Origin: Scenedesmus sp. PABB004
Lineage: Eukaryota
Direction: 5' to 3'
NCBI GenBank assembly: GCA_014905635.1
Contig: JABVCE010000014.1
Coordinates: 496,001 to 560,000 of the forward strand
DNA length: 64,000 bases
This document shows, piece after piece, positions 12,393 through 23,158 of this stretch (within the stretch, counting starts at the first letter, position 1; each line of letters begins with the position of its first letter). The translations under genes and the position numbers were made by a program. Below the pieces are notes generated by a model. The model saw only the letters and a list, made by a program, of their open reading frames with translations. It searched no databases and was not told the DNA's origin.

Positions 12393-15300
12393 CGAGGGCA
12401 TCTGGCGGCGGCGCCGCTCCCTGCGGCGAGCCGGCGGCGCTGCCCGGCCTGGGCACGTCGCAGCAGCTGACCGACAAGCTGCTGGCGCTGCTGCAGGAGC
12501 AGCAGCAGCAGGAGCAGCAGCAGCAGCAGGAGCAGCAGCAGCAGCAGCGGCAGCTGCAGCAGGAGCTGCCGCCGACACTGCCCGGCGAGGGCGCCAGCGC
12601 CATGGCCGGCGCGCCGCAGCTGGCGGCGGAGGCGAGCAGGGCCAGCAGCAAGGCCTGGCAGCAGCGGCTGCGCAGCCAGCTGCTGGAGGCGGAAGCGTCC
12701 CCCGACGGGCAGCCGCAGCAGGTGCGGGCCGACGCGAAGCAGCCGGCGGACGACGCCGCTGCCGCCGTGGCGGCGCTGCTGCCGCGCTCGCAGCGCACCA
12801 CGAGCGGCGGCGGCGGCGGCGGCGGCGGCAGCTTCCGCATCGCTGCCGTGCCTGACGCGGCCTGGCCGGCGCCGCCGCGCCTGGGCGGCGAGGCGTCGGC
12901 CGGCAGCGCGGGCGCGAGCGAGGCGGAGCACGAGCGTGGCAGCATGCTGGGGCTGCGCGCCGGCTGCGCGGGCGGCCACGAGGCCATCAGCGCCGGCGGC
13001 GTGGGGGCGCTGCTGCGCGGCCTCGCCGCGCAGGCGCCGGCGGGCGCGGACGGCGTGAGCGACAGCAAGGACGAGTGCGGTGCGGTGCGCCGCGCCGGCG
13101 CCGGCGGCGGGGGCCCGGCTTTCGACAGCAGCTCCAGCAGCGCCAGCAGCCCCGCCGCGAGCAGCGCGAGCGACGACGGCGGCAGCACCGCCAGCAGCTG
13201 CGCCGCCCTCGCGCCGCCGCCGGCGGCCGCCTGCGCGGCGAGCCCGCGCGCGTCGCCGCCGCGCGGGCTGGCGCGCCGCGCCCTGCCCGCCGGCGCGGGC
13301 GCCGCCGCTGCGCTGCCCGGTGGCGTCACCTGGTACAGCGGGCTGGGCATGTCCCTGGACTTTGGTGGCAGCCCCAGCCCCGAAGACGAGCCGAGCCGGG
13401 GCGCCGGCGGGGCGCCCGCGGCAGCGGCGACGCTCCGTGGCGCGGCGCCCGCGGCGGGCAGCTCGCTGGCGGGGCGGCTCGAGAGCCGCTTCGCCGCGCT
13501 CGCGCGCGCCGGCGGCGGCGGCGGCGCCGAGGCGGTGGGCGCGCGCGACGGCGCGGGCGCGGCCGGCGGCGCCAGCGCCGGCGGGGCGCCCGCGTGGGGC
13601 GCGCCGGCGGCGTGGGGCGGCTACAGGTGGGACGCCGTGTCTGAGAGCAGCGAGTCAGACAGCGAGGACGGCTGCGCGGCGGGCCTGCCCTGCGAGGCCA
13701 TCGTGGCGCGGCACGAGGCGCAGGCGCTCGCGGCCGCCGCGGCGCTGCCGCGGCACGACCGGCTGCTCGCGGCCGACCCGCAGCGCGCGGCGGACGACGC
13801 GCGGCACGGTGTGCGCGCCGCCCTCGACGGGCTCGCTGCGGCGGCGGCGGCGGACGACGCCGAGGCGGCGCGCGCGCAGCTCGCGGCATCCCTGGGCGGC
13901 GCCCGGCCGCGCACGGGTGCGCGGCGCGGGCCGGGCGCCGATTGGCGGGCGGGCGCGCCGCGCGCCGCGCGCGGCGGCCGCTGCAGGCGCCTCCGCCCAC
14001 GCTGCCGCTCGCCCGCGCTGCCGCGCGCGCCGCCGCTCGTGCTGCTGCCGCTGGCGCGCAGGTGATCGCTACAACTTCATCAGCACCTTCATGCGGGAGC
14101 ACCAGCAACGCGCACACAAGCTGCAGGCGGAGCAGGCGCGGCGGCGCGAGGCGCAGCAGGCGGCGCCGGCGGGCGGCGAGGCGGGCGGTGCCGGTGCCGG
14201 TGTCGGTGCGGCCGAGCCCGCGGCCGCGGCCGCGGCCGCGGCGGCGTCGCAGCAGCTGGCCGACAAGCTGCGGGCGCTGCTGACGGAGCAGCAGCAGCAG
14301 CAGCGTGAGCTGTGCGGGGCTGCGCCAGACGGCGAGCAGGCGCCGCGCGGCGAGGCGCACAGCAGCGGCGCGGTGTCGCCCTCCGACGTGCGCGCCAGCC
14401 TGGACGGGCCGGGCGCGGCGCCACACGCGCGCGACCAGGCGCAGCAGGCTGGGTGGGACGCGGCCGAGCCCGGCCGCGCGGCGGAGCAGCAGGACTGGCT
14501 GCTGCGCTTCACCGCCGGCGAGGCGCAGCGCGCGCCGGAGCCCGCCACCTGGGAGGCGGAGCCCGACGCGGCCAGCCCGTCGCCGCAGCAGCGCGCCAAG
14601 CAGCGGCGGCGGCACTCGCCCGACACGCTGTGGCGCATGCACCAGCAGGAGCTGGCGAGGTGGGTGCCGTGGGGCTGGCGGTCGCCCGCTCCGCCGCGCG
14701 CCGCGCGGCCGCCGCCTCGCTGACGCGCGCCCGCCGGCCGTCGCCCCGCGCGCCCCTCCCTCGCGCAGCCTGGAGTCGGCGCAGGAGCTGCACCTGGAGC
14801 TGCTGGCGCTGGAGCGCGCGCGCGAGCGCATGGCGGAGCAGGCGGCGGCCGTTGCCGCCGCGCGCGAGCTCGACCAGCAGCAGGCGCTCGCGCCGGCGCA
14901 GCAGCAGGCGGCGGCCGCGGCGCAGGAGCAGGTGCGCGGCGGGGGAGGGCGGGGCGGGGCGAGGGGCCCGCGCTGCCACGTTGCGCCGCCGCCGGGCCGC
15001 CGCCAGCCTCACGCCGCGCCCGCCCGCCGTGCCCGCCGACGCTTGTTGAGCAGGCGGAGGCCCTGTTCCAGCTGAGTGCCAGGGGCCTGCTGGACGATGC
15101 GTTCAGCCAGATGCAGGGCGCAGCCGCCGGGCTCGCCGCCAGGGACGCCAGCGCCGCGCGGAGCTGCGGCGCGCAGGCCAGCGCGCCGGCCGGCGAGGGC
15201 GCTGCCGCTGCGAACGCGGACGAGGCGCAGGCCCTTCCCGTGCACGGCGCGGCGGCGGCCGAGGCGAGCGACTCTGAGGGCTGCAGCCTGAGCGGCTTTG

Positions 15301-16756
15301 AGGGCGCGGCCACGGGCGCCGTCGACAGCGCGCCGGGCGCCGGCGACGGCGTGGCCGACGAGGAGGAGCGGCGGCCGGCGCTGCTGCGCGTGGCACGTGG
15401 CAGCTGGAGCGCGGATGAGGCGGAGGAGGAGGAGCAGCTGCACGCGGCCGTCGTCGAACGCAGCGCGGCGCACGAGGTGGGCGGCGAGGGTGCGGCAGCC
15501 GGCGCCGCCAGCCTCGGCGCCTGGCAGGAGCTCGCCGACTCTGCCGCCGAGGTGGTGGCCGAGGAGGCGGCTTGGGAGGAGGCGCTGGCGGCGTGGCAGC
15601 CCGGGCCGCAGCAGGCAGCGCCGGCCGGGCGCAGCACCAGCGGCAGCGTCGCAGACGACGTTGCCGACGGCGTGGCGGCGACCGCAGCAGACGATGAGGA
15701 CTGGCCGGTGGCGCAGGAGGGGCCGGCAGCGCGCGCCGTCGCGAGCGCCTCGCCGGCGCCGTCGTCCGTCGTGGACGAGGCGCTGGCAGCGCGCGCCGCC
15801 GCGAGCACCTCGCCGGCGCCGTCGTCCGTGGCGGAGGAGGCGCCGGCGGCGGCGGCCATGGCTGTGGCGCGGCGCGCGGCCTCGAGCGCGTCGGAGGTGG
15901 GGAGCTCGGCGGACTACACGGAGGACTTTGAGGCGGCCAGCCTCGCGCAGGGCACGTCGCCCGCGTGGTCGCGCTGCAGCGCCGACAGCCTGGAGCTGCA
16001 GCAGCGCGAGGTCGCGGCGCTGCGAGCGCGGCTGGCGCGCGAGACGGAGCGGCAGCGCCTGGCGGAGCAGGAGGCGGCGCTGCGTGCGCAGTTGCAGCAG
16101 CTCGCCGCCGTGCCGGTGGCAGCGGCGCCAGAGCAGGCTGTGCCGCTGCCGCGCGCTGAGAGCGGCGAGGCTGCCAGCTCCGTTGACGTTGCCTCGGCCA
16201 TGGAGCTGGCGCCGCCGCAGCAGGGCGACGGCGTGCAACCCGCCAGCACTGCTGCCAGCAGCGTCGCGGAGGAGGAGCTGGGGGCTGCGGAGCCGCAGCA
16301 GGGGGCCAGCGACGAGGAGAGTGAGGCGGAGCAGGGCCTGGCGGCCGCGCTGTCGCCGTCCGCGCTGGAGGCGCAGCTGCTGCCGCCGCCGGGCGCCGAC
16401 GCCTGGGTCACCGCCCGCGGCGCCGCGGCGGCGGACAGCGGCTCGCTTAAGGGCTACGCTGCCGAGGCGTTCTGCAGCGAGGGCGCCGAGCCGCCGGCCT
16501 GGCCCGGCCCGGCTGCACTCGCAGCGGGCGGCTCGGCGTTTGAGCTGTCAGCGTCGGAGGTCAGCTCGCTGCTGCAGGACGCGGCGGACATCGAGCTGGA
16601 GGTTGGCACGGAGCGCAGCGCGTCCGCCGAGCCCGCGGCGGCCGGCGACTGGCCGGCCGACGCCGCGACGGCGGCGGCGCCGCCAGCGCAGCTGCCGGGG
16701 GCCTGGCCGCTGGAGCGGGGCGCAGCCCTGCAGGAGGCGGACCAGCAGCCGCAGCC

Positions 16757-16800
<44 letters not shown>

Positions 16801-19409
16801 GTGCGAGCGAGCCCGGCAGCGCGATGGAGCTGGAGATGTCTGCCGCTGAGCCGGCGGCGCTAGCTCCTGCGGCGCTCGAGCTGGGCCGGCCCTCGTCGCC
16901 GGCGGTGAGCTCGGCGGCGAGCTCGGTGGCCGAGGAGGGGAGCCTGGCGGCGGGGCCGGGCAGCGATGGCGCCGCTGACGAGCTGGCTGGCATGGCCAGC
17001 TCCGACGCAGCGGGGCTGGCAGCGGCCGAGGAGCCGGCGCGCGCGCCTGAGGCTGCGCAGCCTGAGGCCGCCGCGCCGGCGCCAGAGCAGGAGCTGCAGG
17101 CGGCCGAGGGGGCGGAGCAGCTGCCGGCGGGGCAGCTGGGCAGCGATGCCAGCGCGGCAGGCGGTGTCGGAGGCAGCCCGGCAGCGGGCGTCAGCCTCTC
17201 CGCAGAGGCGTCGTACTCGCAGGACTTTGCGTCGCTGCAGGCCTCGCTGCTGCTCTGCGACGGCGTCGCGGAGGCTGCTGCTGCTGACAAGCTTGCGGCG
17301 GCGGCGAAGCGGGCGGAGGCGGCAGAGGCGTGCACGGCCGTCGGGGCGGCGACGGCGGCGGCGGGCGTCGCAGAGCCGCCGACCGGCAGCCCCGGCGCGG
17401 GCGGTGCCCCCGACGGCGACAGCCCTGCCGGCAGCCCGGCCAGCAGGGCGCACCTCCTGGGCCACCTGCGGCCGTCGCTGCGGGCGCGCATGGACCCCAT
17501 CATCGAGGAGCTGCGCTTCCGGCAGGACCTGCGCAGCGCGGGCGCGGCGCAGGACGCGGCGCAGCGGGAGCAGGGCGCGCCAGCCGCCGCAGACGGCGAC
17601 CCGGGCGCCCCGCTGCAGCCGCCCGCGGCGCACGCGGCGGTGGCGCAGGAAACGTCGGGCACTGCCGCGGAGCTGGCGGACACGCTCGCGGCGGCGGCGT
17701 TTGACCGTGTGCTGCAGGAGGTGCTGTCGGAGGCGGTGGAGCAGTGGAGCGCCAGCTGCCGGCCACCGGCAGCGCCGGCGCCGCCAGCGCAGTCGGGCGC
17801 CAGCAGCGGCGGCGGCGCGGCGCCGGCGGCCGCGAGCGAGGCGGCGAGCTGCGCGAGCAGCGGCGGCGACACGGCCGACACGGCGGACAGCTGCGCCAGC
17901 CGCAGCCTGCAGCCCGACTGGCTGTCGTCGCCGGGGTCGCCCTCGCCCTACGCCAGCCCGGGGCGGCGTGGCAGCCCGCGCCGGCGGCCGCTGGCGTCGG
18001 CGGCGGCAGCAGCAGCAGCCAGGCCTGGCCGGTGAGCCACCCGCCCACCGACTGGACGCCGCAGTCGGAGGGCCCGGCCACGACCTGGTCTGCGGCCGCC
18101 GCGGCGGGCGGCAGCGGCAGCCGCAAGCGCGCGCGCGACGGCGAGCAGCCCGACGCGTGGCAGCAGCAGCAGCCGGGCGGGGCCGCGGCGGCGGCGGCGG
18201 CAGAGGTTGCTGGGGGGAGGAGGAGGCGGAGGAGGAGGAGGCGGAGGAGGAGGAGGAGGAGGAGGAGGAGGAGGAGGAGAGCCTGCGGGGCGGCGCTCCG
18301 CCAGCAGCGCTCGCGCGCCAGCTCGACACGGCGCTGCTGGAGGCGGCGGACGGCGCGCAGCCGCCGCCAGGTGCGGAGCTGCTGGCGCAGCCGGCCGCCG
18401 CGGCAGACGGCGCGGACTTTGCGTCGGCGCGCAGCGCCGCCGGCGCCGCGGCCGACGAGGGGGGCGAGTTTGACTGGCCCGACCCTGACGGGGCGCTGCC
18501 GCCGCCGGAGCAGGAGGTGTGGCCCGCGCGCGCGCAGAGGGCGGGGGCCGCGGCCGCGGCGGGGCCGCCCCGCTGACGCCGCCCGCTGACGCCGCCCGCC
18601 CGGCCTCCGCCGCCGCCGCCGCCGCCGCATCCGCCGCCGCCAGGCCGCCGGCGCCGCGCCGGACGCGGGCGCGCGCCGCCCGCCGAGCCCGCCGCCGGCG
18701 CTCGTGGACGACTCGCCCGCGCACGTGGCCGAGTACGTCGCCGCCGCGCTTGCCGCCGCGACGGGGGCCGGCGCGCCGCTGCCCGACCTGCTCTGGCCCG
18801 GCGAGGAGCTGCTCGGCCTGGGGAGCTATCTGTGGCTCGAGAAGGAGGGCCGCCCCGAGTGGAGCGCCGGCCCCGGCGGCGCCGACTGCGACGAGGCGCA
18901 CATCTGGCACAAGGCGCTGCACGACGCGGCCGACGAGGCGCTGGCGGCCGAGTACGCGCACGCGGGGCGCCTGCAGGTGCGGCGCCGCGGGGCTGCGCCG
19001 TCGCGGGCGGGCGCCGCGCCGCGGGCCGCGCGCATGCACGCCGTGCCTGCGCACACGGGGGGCCTCGCCCGCGCGCCGCGCGCCGCAGGAGCACCCAAGC
19101 GTCGCGGCGGCGGGGCCGTGCCGGCCGCGCCGGCCGCTGCCGGCGGGGCCCGCGCTCGTGGCCGCCGTCGCGGCGCGCGTGGGCGGCTGGGCGGCGCGGC
19201 GCGTGCGGGACGAAGCGGGGCTGGACCGGCTGCTCGTGGAGGACGCGCGCGAGGACGAGCGGCGCTGGGCGGACCGGCGGGCGGAGGTCGCAGCGGTCGC
19301 GGCCGAGGTCGAGGCCAGGCTCTGGGACGGCCTGCTCGCGGACGCCGCCGCGGCGCTCGGGGCGGCGACGGCGGACGATGACGGCGGCGGCGGCGAGGGC
19401 GGGCGGTGA
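9985..19409 (+). CDS. Large low-complexity coiled-coil protein, CEP350/CAP350-like (C-terminal DUF4378/M2-type motif)
   Basis: ATG 9985, many GT-AG introns. Internal RHSPDTLWRMHQQELA|SLESAQELHLELLALER. C-terminal HIWHKALHDAADEAL...LDRLLVEDAREDERRWADRRAEVAAVAAEVEARLWDGLLADAAAAL. Stop 19407-19409. Confidence 0.6.
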
Positions 19410-19722
19410 GGTGGGTTGGGCGGCGGGTGCGACGACGCCCGTTGACCGACGACGTGACGCGTCGTCGTTTTGCACGCTCGCTCGCCGCCGCTCCTCTCCC
19501 GCCGCCGCCCTCGCCCGTCATTCCTCCGACAGCCTCCTCGCCTGTAGCGGAACGCCACGGGCGTGTCCCGCCCGCCGTGCCAGCTCGGACTCACGCGCCC
19601 GCCACGCCTCGCAACGACGGCGTTGCATGGTCCGCGGCCGACGAGCTCCGCTGGTCTGTAGCAGCTGTGAAAGCTCGCAGGCTTGACGGGCCGGCCGCGG
19701 GCGCGCGCGAGCGGCCTCCCGC

Positions 19723-20229
19723 ATGGCCGCGACCTCCGCAGCGACGCGCGGCGTCTGGGCGACCAAGAGCCGCGCTGAGTTGATCCTCCCGACCGGTGAG
19801 AGGACCGGCGCGTTGCACGTGCAGCTGGGGTTGGCCGCGCGCGAGGCGACCGCCGATGCCGCCTTCCGGAACGCTGCGCTCTTGCTCCTGCCGCGCCCGC
19901 CCGGGGCCGCCGCTGCTCACCCGCGCTCCTCCCGCTGCCGCCACGCAGCCGCCGCGTCGACGGGCGGCCTCCAGGCCGCCAGCCCCGGGTCCGCCGCCGC
20001 CGCGCGCGGCGGCGCGCCCGACGGCGGCATGCTGGCGCGCATGCGCGCCGTGCTCTCCCGCCACCAGTGCGTCGCGCAGCAGGACGCCGTGAGCGCGTGC
20101 CTGCGCGGGGCGCAGCCCTCCGCGGCGCCCTCCTGCGAGGCCTGCGCGGCGGCGATCGAGCGCCTCCGCTTCTGCGAGCACGCCACGCTGCAGCACAACT
20201 ATCCGGCGCCCCAGGCCTCCTTCTTCTGA
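19723..20229 (+). CDS. Small twin CX9C (CHCH-like) protein
   Basis: C-terminal CVAQQDAVSAC and CAAAIERLRFC, each CX9C. A GT-AG intron after ~19796 is possible, so the N-terminus is uncertain. Confidence 0.55.
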   Translation: MAATSAATRGVWATKSRAELILPTGERTGALHVQLGLAAREATADAAFRNAALLLLPRPPGAAAAHPRSSRCRHAAAASTGGLQAASPGSAAAARGGAPDGGMLARMRAVLSRHQCVAQQDAVSACLRGAQPSAAPSCEACAAAIERLRFCEHATLQHNYPAPQASFF

Positions 20230-20521
20230 GGCCCGCCGTCTGGGACCGCCCCGCGGTCGCCCCGGGGCGCGCGCGCGCGCGCGCGCAGACCAACGCGCGC
20301 GCGCGCGCGCTCCGCCTGGGGCGGCGAGGCGGCGCGCGGGGCGAGACAGCAGCCGTGTGCACGCGGCGCCGCCGCCGCGGCGGGCGCCGCCAATCAAGCA
20401 CACGCGCCGCGCCGCGCCGACCAGCGCCGCGCGCGCCGCCGCCGGGGCCCCGGCAGCGCGCACTGCGACGTGTGCCGCACCGGGGCCGGGCCGCGCGCGC
20501 GGCGGGCAGGCGGCGCGCGCC

Positions 20522-20569
20522 GCGCCGCTGAGGCGCCGCTGAGGCGCCGCTGAGGCGCCGCTGAGGCGC
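20522..20569 (+). repeat. 11-bp tandem repeat GCGCCGCTGAG, about 4 copies
   Basis: Visible directly in intergenic DNA. Confidence 0.8.
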
Positions 20570-21235
20570 CTGCCATCGCAGGCGCCGGGCGCAGCATCAG
20601 TAGTAGCACGACTCATGTGCCCCGCAGCTCCTTATATCGGGCACGAGCACTGCACGCAGGGCAGGGACGGGGCAACGGACGGGGCCGCCGCGCCGCGCCG
20701 TCGCGGCGCGGGCTCGACCTCGCGGAACGCGTGCGGTGCCCTCCTGCACGCACGCCGCGCGCGCACTGCACCCCTCGTGCCGCGCCAGTTGTCGTTGTTG
20801 GGCTGCTGTGACGCAGCCGTCGCACTGCCGCCCAGGCGGGCGCGCGCTGCGCGCGGCGCCGCTCCGAGCCGGGGCCCCGCTACGCGCATCCTCACGCCGG
20901 CATTATTGCGGCACGCAGCTTTTTGGGGTGCTCGAGGCGTAGGTGTCCAGCTTTTGGGGCGGGCGCGGTCGGGGGCGACGTCAGGGCTTTGGCGTGAGCC
21001 GCGGCAGTTTTTGCGGCGCCGGGTCCGCGCAGGCGCGTTGAGCTTGTTGAGAGCTCGTTGGCAACCACCACCGCACGAGCGACGTCGGCCCCGCAGCAGC
21101 TCGCGCCACCTCGCGGCAGCGGCGCCGCGCCGCAGCGCCGGCCGCGCTCGAGTCCGGGCGCCCGTGTTCGCGCTCTCGCTCCGGTCACGCGCTCCCAGCG
21201 CGCGGCCCTCCGTCCCCGCGAGCGCAGAGCGCCGA

Positions 21236-21937
21236 ATGCGCGCGGCGAGCCGCGCGGCGGCAGCAGCAGCGGCGGCGCCGGCGCGCCGCTTCGCCGCCCC
21301 GCGCGCGCAGCGGGGGCGTGCCCGTGCGACCATCATGGGCGCCCTGATCACCGGGCAGACGATCGTCGTCACCGGGGCTTCGCAGGGCATCGGGCTCGAG
21401 TTTGCGCGCCAGCTGCTCGACAAGGGCAACACGGTCGTCGCGGCCGTCCGCAACCCGCAGGCGCCCGGCCTCGTGGTGTGCGGCGGCGCGCCGCGCCGCG
21501 CGCGGCGGCCGCGCCCCTGGCGCCGGGCGGCGGCGCGCGCCGCGCCACGCGCGCCGTGCCACGCGCGCCGCGCCGCGCCGCGGCAGGCGCTCGCCGGCGA
21601 CGCGCCCCCGGGCGGCTCTTCGTCACGCGGCTCGACGTCGCGGACCCCGGCAGCGTCGCGGCGTGGGCGGCGGGGCTGCGCGAGGCCGTGCCGGGGCTGC
21701 GCCACGTCGACCTGGTCATCAACAACGCCGGCGAGTTGTTGCTCGCTGCCGGCGCGCAGCGCGCGGGGCGCGCGCGGTCGCGCGGCCCGCGGGGGCGCCC
21801 GCGCACGCGCTGGCGAGCCAACGCCGCGCCGTCGCCCCTCCGCCGGCAGGCATCTACGGCCGCAAGGTCGACATCAGCACCGTGACAGAGGCGGACATGA
21901 TCGCAGCGTTCAAGGCGCGCGCACGCCGGGCACCGCA

Positions 21938-21970
<33 letters not shown>

Positions 21971-22100
21971 TGCGCTCCCAGCGCGCGGCCCTCCGTCCCC
22001 GCGAGCGCAGAGCGCCGAATGCGCGCGGCGAGCCGCGCGGCGGCAGCAGCAGCGGCGCACGCCGGGCACCGCACGCCGCGCCCGCGCCCGCGCCCGCGCC

Positions 22101-22167
<67 letters not shown>

Positions 22168-22892
22168 CGCGCCCGCGCCCGCGGCCAGCGCCGCCGCGGC
22201 CGCGCCGCCCGGCCTCGGAACCCCCGCCCGCGCCGGCGCCGCAGACCAACACGATCGGCCCCCTGCTCGTCGTGCAGCAGGCAAGCAAGGGAAGGGGCGG
22301 GGTGCTGCGTTGCTGCGGCGGCGGCGGCGGCGTCGGGCGCGAGCTCACTCACGCTGCCCAATCGCCCCGCCCGCCCGCGCCGCGCAGCTGCTCAAGGCGG
22401 GCCTGCTGGGCGGCCCGGGCGGCAGGAGCGTCGTGGCTAACGTGACCAGCAAGGTGCGGCCGGGTCCCGTCCTCCAACCGCGGCCCGCCCGCGCCGCCGG
22501 GGCCCGCCGCCCTCCCTGCGCGCGCGCGCGCGCGCCCCACGCCCACGCGGCGCTCCCCGCGCCGCGCGTGCCCCCACGCGGCGCTCCCCGCGCGCCGCAC
22601 GCAAAAAAAAAAGGTCGGCAGCGTCGACGACAACCGGGGCGGCGGCGGCTACGCGTACCGCGCGAGCAAGAGCGCCCTGAACATCGTGAACAAGAGCATG
22701 AGCATCGACCTGTCGGGCGAGGGCGTGACGGCGGTGCTGCTGCACCCCGGCTACGTGCGCACAGCGATGACCGACGGCAGCGGCCTCATCGACGCCGACA
22801 CGAGCGTCGCCGGCATGCTGTCGGTGCTGGAGAGCGACCGCCCGCTCAACGGCGGCTGGTGGGACTACAAGGGCGAGGTGGTGCCCTGGTGA
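21236..22892 (+). CDS. Short-chain dehydrogenase/reductase, C-factor (CsgA)-like, with transit-like N-terminus
   Basis: VVTGASQGIGLEF (TGxxxGxG), VINNAG, NVTSKVGS, YAYRASK (YxxxK), LLHPGYVRTAM, DYKGEVVPW*. Six exons. Confidence 0.93.
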
Positions 22893-23158
22893 TAGCGGCG
22901 CGCGCGGCGACGAGAGAGAGAGAGAGCGGGGGGCCCGCCGGCGGCGCCGCCGCGCGGAGCAGCGGCGGGTGTGACCGCGGCGCGGTGACGGGCGGCCGCC
23001 GGCCAGCCGCCGCTCGTTTTGCCAAGGCTCCCGCGCGTTCTGGCGCGTGGGTGAGAGCTCGCGCCCGTCGGCAGCCACGTCCCGCAGCCAGCGCGCGCAC
23101 CGGCAGCGCCAGCACAGTCCATCACGTTGAGTGCGCACTTTGCGCACGCCGAGCATCA

